64,000 nt of DNA, taken from an uncultured Rikenellaceae bacterium. Its GTDB lineage: Bacteria; Bacteroidota; Bacteroidia; Bacteroidales; VadinHA17. Made by a program: the position numbers and the translations under genes. Location of the stretch: assembly GCA_964466705.1 (NCBI GenBank), contig CAYXSM010000009.1, forward strand, positions 44,308 through 108,307, in the 5' to 3' direction. The notes under the pieces were generated by a model. The model was not told where the DNA came from, ran no database searches, and was given only the letters and a program-made list of their open reading frames with translations. Of this stretch, positions 38,363 to 47,936 are shown piece after piece (the first letter of the stretch is position 1; the number at the start of each line of letters is the position of its first letter).

Positions 38363-40336
38363 TCAGCCCAACATAACCTGTCCCCCTGTCACAGGCACTG
38401 CCTGCCCGGTCTCATATTCCTGATCAATTATGTAAAGAATTGCCTTAAAAACATCTTCAAGCCTGCACCCGCGTTTCATCGGAACCTGGTCCTCGTAAAA
38501 CTTTCTGACATCATCAATGGTTTTTGCCCCGGGGACCTTGCCGGCTTTAAGGTATTGAATGAATAGGCCGTTTGCCGGATCCGACCATAAGGGGCCTTCA
38601 TAAAAATTTCCCGGACAAACTGAATTCACCTTTATCCTGTGCGGTGCCAGTTCGAGCGCAAATGACTGGGTAAGACCTATGCCCCCGAACTTGGACCCGG
38701 CATATGCAAAATTCCTGTTTGAGCCCCTGAGACCCGATTTTGAATTGATCTGGATAATATCGGTATAATAATTTTCTCTTTCCTGGTTCTGCAACCTCAT
38801 TATCTCTGAAGCATATTTTGCACAATGAAAGTAGCCGTTGTAATTAACGCCGGTGGTTGAAGCAAAAACTGCAGGATCCATTTCGTCGAGACCACCTGCC
38901 CTGAGCACTCCTGCATTGCTTATCAAAATGTCGAGTCCTCCGAAATGACCTGTAGCGGTATTTACCAGTTCCCTGACCGATTCCGGATCTGATACGTCAG
39001 CTTTTATGAAAACAGCTTTATTTGCTGTTTTCTTTTCATTAAGTCTGTCAGCCAGATCGTTTCCTTCCTTCTCGTTAAGATCAGCAATAACAACATTTGC
39101 AGAATGGTTGAAGAGATGTTCCGCTATGCCGGCGCCAAACCCTCTTGCTCCTCCTGTGACTATTGCTATTCTGCCGGAGATCTTACTCCGGTCCTTAACC
39201 GACAACGCTACTTCCCTTCTGTAGTTTTCAACTTCCCATTTATCTATGAAATCAGACTGTTCTCTTGTGAGGAATCTGGGACCACCACATTCTGCAGTAT
39301 AATGCCTGATCCTGATGAGATCTTCATAAATGTCAAGGACCGCGTCAGCCGCTGTTACAGAATTTTCAGCCGAGATTATGCCGACGTCCCTGACAACAAT
39401 TACTTTTGGCATATAACCATGTTCGGCGATAAAACGGGGAAGCTGTTGCCTGAACGACTCAAGGATTTTATGTGGTGTTTCCGATTGCTCTATGTAAAGG
39501 TAGCGGGATTTGCAGTATACAATAATATCAGGAGTAAGGGGCAGGGATATTTTGTGAAATTCCTGCCGGCTTTTATAATATTCGGCAATAAGGGTATTAT
39601 GCCTGAACCTGAGAACTTTTACCCGTTCCTCCGAAAGCATCATTCTCATCACAGGCAATATTCCGGCAATTTCAGGATCAGATGGGAGCTGTTTAATTTC
39701 AGGAATGCTCTGAACTCTTTCTCCGGAAAGGGAAATAATTGCCCTGTAAGTTTCCCTGACCTCCTCTGTGGTGTCAGCGCTGACGAATACACCGTGGTTT
39801 TCAAGAAAAATGATCCCGGGATCATGCATGTGTTTCTCACGAAATCTGATGATCTCTTTCTCAAGGCTTTTAAAAAGCGTATATCCCGGATCGGTGTAAG
39901 GCACAAATAAAGCTTTCTCCCCAAAAAGTTCGTATGTCAGCTGTTTTGCATGTCTGCTGCAAAGTATCCCGTTGATTACAGCCGGATGTAAGTGTACTAC
40001 AAAACTGTAACGTATGATCTCATGCAATGATGTCTCGACAGACGGGCGTTTTTTACCTTCAGGATCAATTATGCTGCTCATCAGGTCGATCCTGACCTGG
40101 TCTTCCCTTATTACAGGGTCGTCCGAATAAGTTCTCTCGGCAATGACCCGCAATCTTTCCCTGTCAAGGGCAACAAGTCCGGTTTCATCAAGGGTGGCAA
40201 GCGGATATCCGCTTGCCTTGATCCAGATTGTTTTGTCATCCTTATATGAGGTATTTCCTCCCCCGGCTATGACATAGTCCCTGTTTGTGCCGTAATATCG
40301 TGATATTTCAATAAGTTCACCGATTTCCTTTTTCAT
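38363..40336 (-). CDS. Bifunctional class II aldolase/short-chain dehydrogenase (RhaEW/YuxG-like)
   Basis: 657 aa. The N-terminal half has an aldolase_II-like fold (VIAGGGNTSYK, HLHP). The C-terminal SDR has IAIVTGGARGFGAGIA and YAGSKFG (YxxxK). Confidence 0.88.
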   Translation of the reverse strand: MKKEIGELIEISRYYGTNRDYVIAGGGNTSYKDDKTIWIKASGYPLATLDETGLVALDRERLRVIAERTYSDDPVIREDQVRIDLMSSIIDPEGKKRPSVETSLHEIIRYSFVVHLHPAVINGILCSRHAKQLTYELFGEKALFVPYTDPGYTLFKSLEKEIIRFREKHMHDPGIIFLENHGVFVSADTTEEVRETYRAIISLSGERVQSIPEIKQLPSDPEIAGILPVMRMMLSEERVKVLRFRHNTLIAEYYKSRQEFHKISLPLTPDIIVYCKSRYLYIEQSETPHKILESFRQQLPRFIAEHGYMPKVIVVRDVGIISAENSVTAADAVLDIYEDLIRIRHYTAECGGPRFLTREQSDFIDKWEVENYRREVALSVKDRSKISGRIAIVTGGARGFGAGIAEHLFNHSANVVIADLNEKEGNDLADRLNEKKTANKAVFIKADVSDPESVRELVNTATGHFGGLDILISNAGVLRAGGLDEMDPAVFASTTGVNYNGYFHCAKYASEIMRLQNQERENYYTDIIQINSKSGLRGSNRNFAYAGSKFGGIGLTQSFALELAPHRIKVNSVCPGNFYEGPLWSDPANGLFIQYLKAGKVPGAKTIDDVRKFYEDQVPMKRGCRLEDVFKAILYIIDQEYETGQAVPVTGGQVMLG

Positions 40337-41576
40337 CGTATGTTTTGTTGTTTAAGAAGTATTCGATGACCATCTTACCCAGGTATGCAAGTTCTTTTTT
40401 CTGAACAGCACTTGGGTCCCCGTTTGGCAGAACATATCCCTGTCTCCCGTTTGCCCTCAGATATTGATGAGCCGCAATAACACAAATTCCTTCCCAGGAA
40501 ACTGCCTTTAGATCATTATCAAGAGGCCTTCCTCCTCTTGATGCCACTGTTAGTGGAAGCATTTCAGGCGTGTTGTGCTCTGTTCCGAAAGTAATCACAT
40601 AATTCTTTGAATAAAAAAATTCAACAAATTCCCTGAGTATATTGTGATCATTCCGTCCCGGGATCAGTTCGATACAGCCGACTTTCATTGCTGAAAGTGA
40701 ATGATGCAGCTGTTCCGGATCTTTTTCAAATTCAGTATAATTACCTGCCGGATCATCCAGAAGAACAGGATAACAGGGAATGCCGCCCGCGCTGATTATT
40801 ATCTTTATGATTTGCTCCAGGGGCAGGAATGAGTCTTCATTTTCTTCAACGAAAGCAGCACCTCCCTTTTTGAGGAGGTTTGACCGGATTTCATTTTCAA
40901 GGGCAGAAGGGTCAGAAAGACCGGCTGCTGATTTTTTACCGCCATACAGTGATTCGATAAAATGTAACTGTTTTTCCGGTTCCCTGAGCTTTTCAGATGC
41001 AAGGACCCTTATGGCTTTGGCCAGATGCCTTTCCCGGACGAGCTCGTTTGCATAACTTCTCTTTATACTTTCGTATGTGAATGAAAAACCATCTCCGTAA
41101 GGTACCATAAGGTTGTTAAGCAATTTAATCATTTCCCTTATCTGGAACTGGCTTTCTTTTTTTATTCTGTTAAGCTTCAGTTTGTTCAAAAGCCCCGGGG
41201 AGAATGGAAAATCCAATCCCTTTCCGCTGAAATAGATCCGTCCCGGATTATTGGGGTCATTTATTCTGATTCCATCTTTCTGCTTCTCTTTGACCAGTCC
41301 GATGAATTCGATATTGAAAACAGGAAAGACTTTGCTTTTCAATGCTTTCTCGTAAAAGGGCCTGTAGCCGTCTGTAACGAAGAAATCATTTATTCCCAGT
41401 GCGGCGATCTGTTCATTGCCTGCCGCAGTAAAGACAGAATCGAGATCGGGGAATGCACTAAACGAGAATGGCGTGTGTATATGTCCATTCACTTCCCTGA
41501 ATTCAGGCAGGGGGTTATCCTTTAGTTTGCGGATAAGTATATCTGGCTCAGGAAAATTTCGAAGGAAATAGGTCAT
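40317..41576 (-). CDS. Hypothetical protein, possibly a PHP-like metal-dependent phosphoesterase
   Basis: 419 aa. The N-terminal NGHIHTPFSFSAF...ALGINDF and C-terminal FGTEHNT resemble the first and last metal motifs of PHP or amidohydrolase-like folds. Weak assignment. The stop overlaps the downstream start by 20 nt. Confidence 0.4.
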   Translation of the reverse strand: MTYFLRNFPEPDILIRKLKDNPLPEFREVNGHIHTPFSFSAFPDLDSVFTAAGNEQIAALGINDFFVTDGYRPFYEKALKSKVFPVFNIEFIGLVKEKQKDGIRINDPNNPGRIYFSGKGLDFPFSPGLLNKLKLNRIKKESQFQIREMIKLLNNLMVPYGDGFSFTYESIKRSYANELVRERHLAKAIRVLASEKLREPEKQLHFIESLYGGKKSAAGLSDPSALENEIRSNLLKKGGAAFVEENEDSFLPLEQIIKIIISAGGIPCYPVLLDDPAGNYTEFEKDPEQLHHSLSAMKVGCIELIPGRNDHNILREFVEFFYSKNYVITFGTEHNTPEMLPLTVASRGGRPLDNDLKAVSWEGICVIAAHQYLRANGRQGYVLPNGDPSAVQKKELAYLGKMVIEYFLNNKTYDEKGNR

Positions 41577-41649
41577 GTATTTATTGTTGTTTCTACATAT
41601 TTATTAATAGGGACATTGGCACCAGGCCGGAAGCTTTGCTTTATTATGC

Positions 41650-42300
41650 TTATGTCCTGAATAATCTGTTCAACTCGGAGACCTGCGATCCTGTTAGGGG
41701 CTTTTTTTTACCGGCCAGTCCTGTAATAAAAGTCATCCTCGCAGCATTTTCAACGACCTCAAGCCGGTCGAACGCCTGAAGCAATGATTTTCCCACAGCC
41801 AGAACCCCATGGTTCTCGAGCAGAAGTATTTCTGATTTAAGAATGCTTTCTGCTGCAAGATGTGCAAGTTCTTTCGTTCCCATAAGTGCATAGGGTACAA
41901 GTACGGGGTCACCGCAAATGGCTTTTGCTTCAGCTGTAAGATCAGTGTCAATCGTGAGGTTCATGGCTGTAAATGCTGATGCAAAGACAGGATGGGCATG
42001 AACAATTGCCCTGATATCAGTTTTTTTTCTGTATATCAGAAGATGCATCCCTGATTCAATTGATGGTTTAAGTTCAGGAGTGAGATTTTCTCCTGAGATG
42101 CTCATCAATCCCACCTCTCTCCAGCGCATCGTTCCCTTGTCGGTTGCAGAGGGAGTGATTGCTATTACATTATCAGAGACTCTGTGGCTGATGTTTCCTC
42201 CTGAAGTAGTTGTCAGTCCCTGATTGTAGAGACGCCGCATGAATCTTGCAACCTCCTTTCGTTCTTCTTTATATTCAAGATAATCAGGTTTTTCCATCAT
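41650..42300 (-). CDS. Class II aldolase/adducin-family protein (fuculose-1-P aldolase / ribulose-5-P epimerase-like)
   Basis: 216 aa. TTSGGNISHR, AIVHAHP and LLENHGVLAVG are canonical aldolase_II motifs. Confidence 0.88.
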   Translation of the reverse strand: MMEKPDYLEYKEERKEVARFMRRLYNQGLTTTSGGNISHRVSDNVIAITPSATDKGTMRWREVGLMSISGENLTPELKPSIESGMHLLIYRKKTDIRAIVHAHPVFASAFTAMNLTIDTDLTAEAKAICGDPVLVPYALMGTKELAHLAAESILKSEILLLENHGVLAVGKSLLQAFDRLEVVENAARMTFITGLAGKKKPLTGSQVSELNRLFRT

Positions 42301-43082
42301 TGAATAAGATTTATTACACCATCGAGGACATAATGGGGTTTGTAAGGAAAGTTATCGATTTCAGCTTTATTTGTGATTCCGCTGAGCACGAGCAGCGTAT
42401 CAATTTCTGATTCAAGTCCGCAGCGCACATCCGTATCCATCCTGTCTCCGATGACTATTGCCTCTTCTCTTTTTACTCCCAGCTTTTTCAGGGCGATACG
42501 CATCATAAGAGGATTGGGTTTTCCTACAAAATAAGCTTTTTTCCCGGAGGCAATCTCTATGGGTGCTATCAGGGCCTTGGTTGAAGGAGCGACACCATTT
42601 TCAACCGGGCCGCTGACATCCGGATTGGTTCCTATCAGCCTGGCACCGCGCAGGACAAGATTAACCGCCATCTGGATATTTTCAAAATTATAACCATGGG
42701 TATCGCCTACAACAACATAATCGGGATTTACATTATTTATGGAATATCCTATGCTGTACAACGCATGTATCAATCCGGCATCGCCAATTATATAAGCGCT
42801 TCCGTTTGGTTTCTGACTTGCAAGAAATCCTGCCGTGGCAAGTGCACTCGTATAAAAATGATCTTCTCCAACCTCAATCCCCAGCCTTTTTAATTTTTCA
42901 TGAAGCTCCCTGGGAGTTCTTTCGCTGGAATTGGTCAGGAAGAGGTACTTTTTACCAGACTCCTCCAGCCATCGCAGAAAGTCATTGACGCCAGGCAAAA
43001 GCTTGTTCCCATGATAAATAACACCATCCATGTCAATGATGAAACCTGACTTACCCCTTATCTTTTCAATTATATCTTCCAT
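42297..43082 (-). CDS. HAD-IIA (NagD-like) sugar-phosphate phosphatase
   Basis: 261 aa. IIDMDGVIYHG (DxD nucleophile motif), FLTNSS and GDRMDTD. ATGA overlap with the downstream aldolase gene. Confidence 0.85.
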   Translation of the reverse strand: MEDIIEKIRGKSGFIIDMDGVIYHGNKLLPGVNDFLRWLEESGKKYLFLTNSSERTPRELHEKLKRLGIEVGEDHFYTSALATAGFLASQKPNGSAYIIGDAGLIHALYSIGYSINNVNPDYVVVGDTHGYNFENIQMAVNLVLRGARLIGTNPDVSGPVENGVAPSTKALIAPIEIASGKKAYFVGKPNPLMMRIALKKLGVKREEAIVIGDRMDTDVRCGLESEIDTLLVLSGITNKAEIDNFPYKPHYVLDGVINLIQ

Positions 43083-43160
43083 AGTGTTCCTGTATGCTGT
43101 AAAGATACCAAATGGGCCTGTAAAATACCTTTGCCCGTCCGGTTAATTTGAGAAAGAAAG

Positions 43161-45629
43161 TTATACTCCTTTTTTATTCAGATTTATAAGCTTTTCATCA
43201 GAAAAGTCAAGTACGGGTACATGACCCTCAAGCGGAATTATTTTCTGATGAATGGCATCAATAATCCATTCGGGCTGCGGGAAGAAAAACTGTTCCATCT
43301 CGTATGCTGGAGTGATCCAGTTCCTGGATCCGACTACAACAGGAGGCGCATCCAGTACATCGAATGCCAGTTCGGTAATTGTATGGGCAACTTCTTTCAG
43401 AAAAGATCCCCGGGATGATGCGTCACTGGCAAGAACTATCCTGCCTGTCTTTTTTAATGATTCGATAACCGGCAGGTAGTTAAACGGAACAAGGGTTCTG
43501 GCATCAATTATCTCGGCCTTCAGGCCGTATTTCTTATCCAGAATATCTGCTGCCTTCATCACTGTATAAAGGGTTGCCCCTATTGAAATAATCGTGATAT
43601 CGCTTCCGGGTAGCTTAATATCTGGTTCACCGATGGGAATTTCGTAATATCCTTCAGGGACACCGGGCGTATGGAACATCTCTCCGACATCATAGATACG
43701 CTGACTTTCAAAGAATATTACCGGGTCTGTTCCCTGCAACGCACTGTTCATTAAACCTTTAGCATCATATGGGGTGGCCGGGAAAACTACTTTCAAACCG
43801 GGAATATGAGCCACCAGCGAAGACCAGTCCTGTGAATGCTGGGCTCCGTATTTTGACCCTACAGACACTCTTATAACCACAGGCATTTTTATAATATTTC
43901 CGCTCATTGCCTGCCATTTTGGAAGCTGATTAAATACTTCGTCACCTGAACGCCCCAGAAAATCACAGTACATTATTTCGGCAATAACCCTTCCGCCGCA
44001 CATGCCATAGCCGATGGCTGTGCCTGCTATTGCACCTTCGGATATGGGTGCATTGAAGAGCCTGTGGTAGGGGATCGCTTCTGTAAGACCCCGGTAAACT
44101 GCGAAAGCGCCTCCCCAGTCACGGTTTTCTTCCCCCCACGCCGCCAGAGTAGGGTCTTTATAGAATCTGTCAATCACCGCTTCAAAGATGCCATCCCTGA
44201 GCTGGTAAAGCTTTACTTTTGAGACCAGCTTGCCGTCTGTATCCTTATAAAAACGTTCCTTGTTTTTCAGAGATTTGACGCGCGGATTATCTGAAAAAGG
44301 TATCAGTGTCTCAGGTTCTCCTGAACCCATGCTGTCTGCGGATCCGTTGGAAAACATCATCTGGCCTATCAAATCATGGTCTTTCGTAAGATCCAGATGA
44401 GGAGACACTTTGTCATCAGTGCTTAGTTCCAGTATGTGTGTTATCAGATCGGCACACTCGTGCTTAATCACATCGAGAAGTTCCTTTCCTGCAACACCTT
44501 CTGCAACAAGGTCTTTCCCATACGACTCTATGGAATCCTCATTTATCCAGGCTTCCAGTTCTTCCTTTGATCTGTAAGAAGATGCGTCGGAAGGTGAATG
44601 GCCACTGATTCTGTAGGTCAGAGTATCCAGAAGGACAGGGCCTCTTTTCTCTTCAATGATCTTCCTCTTACGACGGAATGCGTCGATCACGGCAAGCGGA
44701 TTATATCCGTCAATTCTTTCAGCATGCATCATTTCAGGATTCACACCGGCCCCGACCCGGGCAAGTATACCATAACCCATGGTTTCACCGGTGGTTTGTC
44801 CGCCCATGCCGTACTGATTGTTCATGAAATTGAAAATGAGGGGAAGTCCGCCGTTATATTCACCTTCCCACAATGTATGATACTGGTCCATCGTGGCAAA
44901 TGCAATGCCCTCCCACACCGGTCCACATCCCATTGATGCATCACCTATATTGCAGACCACCATGCCTGATTTTTTGTTTATCTTCTTGTATAATGCGGCA
45001 CCTACGGAAATATCGCCTGAGCCTCCGACGATTGCATTATTCGGATATATACCGAACGGAGTAAAAAATGCATGCATGGAACCTCCAAGACCCTTGTTGA
45101 ATCCGTTCTCCCGTGCAAAGATCTCTGCAAGCGCACCATACAGCAGGAAATGTATTCCCAGCTCCCTGATTGTTCCGCGGAAATCTTTCTCAACCACTCT
45201 CAGGGCAGAGCCTCCGAAATATGTGCTCATGATTGTGTAGAGGGAATCCTCGTCAAGCTTCCTTATGGCTGACAGACCTTTTGCCAGGATCTCACCGTGA
45301 CTTCTGTGAGAGCCAAAAATATAATCATCACAGTCAAGGGTGAAAGCCATACCGACTGCTGCAGCTTCCTGACCTATCGACAGATGTGCGGGACCGGGAT
45401 GATTGTATCTTATGCCCCGGTACTCATTGGTCGTTTTTATAAGGTTAAGCATTGATTCGAATTCACGTACCAGAACCATATCATGGTAGATGCTGATGAA
45501 TTCTTCAACGGTAAAATTTCCTTTCTCCTCACCTATGGATCTGTTGTACTGGTTTACAGGGATCGTTCCAAATTCCAGGAAGCCTGATCTCCTTACAATT
45601 TTTGGATCAATATTTTGACTTTTAGGCAT
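43161..45629 (-). CDS. Fused E1 alpha/beta component of a TPP-dependent 2-oxoacid (or acetoin-type) dehydrogenase
   Basis: 822 aa. The N-terminal half has VREFE...GPAHLSIGQEAAAVG and the TPP-binding GDASMGCG...NN. The C-terminal half is transketolase-like (EGAIAGTAIGYGMCGGR) with a C-terminal E1-beta domain. Confidence 0.88.
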   Translation of the reverse strand: MPKSQNIDPKIVRRSGFLEFGTIPVNQYNRSIGEEKGNFTVEEFISIYHDMVLVREFESMLNLIKTTNEYRGIRYNHPGPAHLSIGQEAAAVGMAFTLDCDDYIFGSHRSHGEILAKGLSAIRKLDEDSLYTIMSTYFGGSALRVVEKDFRGTIRELGIHFLLYGALAEIFARENGFNKGLGGSMHAFFTPFGIYPNNAIVGGSGDISVGAALYKKINKKSGMVVCNIGDASMGCGPVWEGIAFATMDQYHTLWEGEYNGGLPLIFNFMNNQYGMGGQTTGETMGYGILARVGAGVNPEMMHAERIDGYNPLAVIDAFRRKRKIIEEKRGPVLLDTLTYRISGHSPSDASSYRSKEELEAWINEDSIESYGKDLVAEGVAGKELLDVIKHECADLITHILELSTDDKVSPHLDLTKDHDLIGQMMFSNGSADSMGSGEPETLIPFSDNPRVKSLKNKERFYKDTDGKLVSKVKLYQLRDGIFEAVIDRFYKDPTLAAWGEENRDWGGAFAVYRGLTEAIPYHRLFNAPISEGAIAGTAIGYGMCGGRVIAEIMYCDFLGRSGDEVFNQLPKWQAMSGNIIKMPVVIRVSVGSKYGAQHSQDWSSLVAHIPGLKVVFPATPYDAKGLMNSALQGTDPVIFFESQRIYDVGEMFHTPGVPEGYYEIPIGEPDIKLPGSDITIISIGATLYTVMKAADILDKKYGLKAEIIDARTLVPFNYLPVIESLKKTGRIVLASDASSRGSFLKEVAHTITELAFDVLDAPPVVVGSRNWITPAYEMEQFFFPQPEWIIDAIHQKIIPLEGHVPVLDFSDEKLINLNKKGV

Positions 45630-45665
45630 ATACTGTATTGTTTTTAATTATCTCTGCTTTTATTT

Positions 45666-46895
45666 TTAGTAGCTGAACGTCTCAATCTCATTTTTGATCT
45701 CTCTCAGAAACAATGTTGCAGGGCCGCCGTCAACAGCCCTGTGGTCATACGTCAGAGATAATCCGATATATGGCACAAAACCCATGATGTTGTTCCCGAG
45801 ATCAGCAGGCCGGTTCGTTATCGTACATACTCCAAGGATGGCAGTCTGGGGGAGATTTATCACAGGCGTGAACATTTCCACTCCGTAATTGCCAAGGTTT
45901 GATACAGTGAAAGACGCTGAAGTACTCTTCAGAAGCTCAGGATTTATATTGCCTTTTCTGGATGCTGCCGCTGCATCCCTCAATTCCCCTGAAAGCATTT
46001 CCAGGCTCATCCTGTCAGCGTTTTTTACCACAGGAACCATTAGTCCCCTGGCTGTATCGACAGCAGATCCCAGGTTAACACCTTTGAAGATCCTGATCCT
46101 GTCATCCAGATAATGACTGTTGAGAGCAGGGTGCTTTTTCAGTGCCTGAACAACACACCAGCATATTATGTCGTTTAACGTAATATCCTGATTCAGTGAC
46201 TTTTTTATGATATTGTCCTTGATTTTGCGTCTGGCATCAAGGATTTTTCTGGCATCAGCACTCAAATGATGGGTAAGCTGGGCTGAATTCATGAGAGATG
46301 CATGCATGGCGGTGGCAATGAGCCTTCTTATATTTGATACGGGCTGGTCAGAATATTGTTCTGCTTCTGCTTTTGTTTCCTTACTGCCGGACGATAATGC
46401 CAATGCAGACATAACATCCCGGTAAACGATTCTTCCCTGAGGGCCTGATCCGGTTATGCCTGAATAATCCAGCCCCTTTGCTTCCGCAAGCTTTCTGGCC
46501 CTGGGAGATACCCTTGTCTTTCCATGCCGGCTCACCGGCTTCGCAGCTCTCTCCTCAAAAGGGGAAGCCGGCATGCCCTCGCCGGTATCACTGGCCCCGG
46601 CAGGTATCCCTGATGGAGGCGGGACGACAGGCTGGCTGATAAAGGTTGCTTCCTCCCCTTCCTTTCCCAGGAAGGCAACATTGGATAAAACAGGCACTTC
46701 ATCTCCTTCATTGTAAAGTATTTCCAGGAGAATTCCATCGGCCGGTGATTCAAAATCAAACGTCGCTTTGTCAGTCTCATAGGAAAAAAGGACATCCCCT
46801 TCTTTTATCGAATCTCCTTTCTTCCTGAACCATCTGGTTATGATACAGGTCTCTACCGACTGACCCTGTCTGGGCATTATTAACGGGGTTGACAT
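45666..46895 (-). CDS. Dihydrolipoamide acyltransferase (E2) component
   Basis: 409 aa. Lipoyl domain with SYETDKATFDFESP, subunit-binding domain SPRARKLAEAKGLDYSGITGSGPQGRI, and catalytic domain ending LSLTYDHRAVDGG. Confidence 0.9.
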   Translation of the reverse strand: MSTPLIMPRQGQSVETCIITRWFRKKGDSIKEGDVLFSYETDKATFDFESPADGILLEILYNEGDEVPVLSNVAFLGKEGEEATFISQPVVPPPSGIPAGASDTGEGMPASPFEERAAKPVSRHGKTRVSPRARKLAEAKGLDYSGITGSGPQGRIVYRDVMSALALSSGSKETKAEAEQYSDQPVSNIRRLIATAMHASLMNSAQLTHHLSADARKILDARRKIKDNIIKKSLNQDITLNDIICWCVVQALKKHPALNSHYLDDRIRIFKGVNLGSAVDTARGLMVPVVKNADRMSLEMLSGELRDAAAASRKGNINPELLKSTSASFTVSNLGNYGVEMFTPVINLPQTAILGVCTITNRPADLGNNIMGFVPYIGLSLTYDHRAVDGGPATLFLREIKNEIETFSY

Positions 46896-46968
46896 ATGAT
46901 TCTCAGATTAATGGTTTGTATTTTGTTTGCTGCGATCAGATATTTGATGTTTCATTCCGTTAGGACGA

Positions 46969-46998
46969 CTTGTTAATATAAGTGAGTATAATAACAAG
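46969..46998. promoter_or_regulatory. Imperfect inverted repeat CTTGTTAaTAT-N8-ATAaTAACAAG (operator or leader hairpin candidate)
   Basis: Arms of 11 bp with one mismatch, in the 205-bp divergent region between the E2 gene and the GntR gene. It shares the CTTGT half-site with the palindrome at 47052. Confidence 0.4.
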
Positions 46999-47034
46999 AA
47001 TTCTCAGTCATAGTGTATTAATATTCAGCTGTTA

Positions 47035-47042
47035 CAAAAATA
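47035..47042 (-). promoter_or_regulatory. Candidate -7 box (TATTTTTG on minus strand) for the E2-led operon
   Basis: CAAAAATA on the plus strand, about 140 nt upstream of the E2 ATG (46895). The 47052 palindrome would sit over the -33 region. Confidence 0.3.
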
Positions 47043-47051
47043 ATGCAATCA

Positions 47052-47067
47052 ACTTGTATTTACAAGT
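47052..47067. promoter_or_regulatory. Perfect palindrome ACTTGTA-TT-TACAAGT, candidate GntR/HutC operator
   Basis: Arms of 7 bp. The core TTGTATTTACAA fits the generic GntR-family GT-N(x)-AC pattern. It lies 34 nt upstream of the GntR start codon. Confidence 0.45.
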
Positions 47068-47100
47068 ATTTATTGATATATTTACGGTAAAATATCACCT

Positions 47101-47817
47101 ATGGTATCCGGCAGATCTTTGCCACAGTACAGGAAACTTTACGGGATCCTCCGTAAGCACATAACAGACGGCATATACGGTGAGGGGGATTTACTGCCTT
47201 CGGAGAATGAACTTTGTCAGCTTTACGGGATGACTCGTCCGACTGTGCGGCAGGCATTGAGCGTTCTGGCAAATGACGGGTACATAAAAAAGTATCAGGG
47301 GAAAGGAAGCCTCGTGCATACACTTCCAAGGGAGATCGGCATTTTATCAGTTTCCGGAACTACGACGGCTGTCGGCAACAGGAAACTCAAGACTGTAATA
47401 ATTGTAAAACCTGTTTTGAGACCATGGCCGGATGAATTCATGTTTCCCTTAACGGATCTGGAGAAAGAGTCGGGCTGTGTTTATATGGAAAGGCTCAGGC
47501 TTCTGGAAAATGATCCGATATTTTATGACATCAGCTACCTTCCAAATATTAATCTTCCGAGGATTACGGCAAGGAAATTTGAGGACAGGTCGCTTTTCAG
47601 GATTTTGCGTGAACACTATCGTATTGAGATCAAGGGAGGGGAGCAGAGAATCAGGGCAGTGCAGGCATCCCTGGAGGTGAGCAAGCTTCTCAGGCTTTCG
47701 AAAGGACAGGCTGTCCTTCATCTCGAGAGAAAAATAGAAACAAGTGTTAACGGCCTCTTTTTGTATTCATCTATTTACTGCAATACAGGAAAATATTCCA
47801 TATTTGGCAGATTCTGA
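47101..47817 (+). CDS. GntR-family transcriptional regulator, HutC subfamily (UTRA effector domain)
   Basis: 238 aa. Winged-helix LPSENELCQLYGMTRPTVRQALSVLANDGYI, with a UTRA-like C-terminal half. Confidence 0.9.
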   Translation: MVSGRSLPQYRKLYGILRKHITDGIYGEGDLLPSENELCQLYGMTRPTVRQALSVLANDGYIKKYQGKGSLVHTLPREIGILSVSGTTTAVGNRKLKTVIIVKPVLRPWPDEFMFPLTDLEKESGCVYMERLRLLENDPIFYDISYLPNINLPRITARKFEDRSLFRILREHYRIEIKGGEQRIRAVQASLEVSKLLRLSKGQAVLHLERKIETSVNGLFLYSSIYCNTGKYSIFGRF

Positions 47818-47936
47818 GAGTAATATTGTTTTGATTTGGAAGAAAAAAGTATAATTTTATAACTGATTTAAAGCACATATACCTTTCAGACTATTTTTTT
47901 TGAACTATTTAAACTAACCAAAACTAGAAAAGACTT

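Noticed and set aside
39104-39910. 268-aa antisense ORF inside the bifunctional aldolase/SDR gene
   Set aside because: It is long, but it has no recognisable domain and an odd composition rich in F, Y, C and R. It is fully embedded opposite a gene with strong motifs, which is the typical pattern of a shadow ORF.
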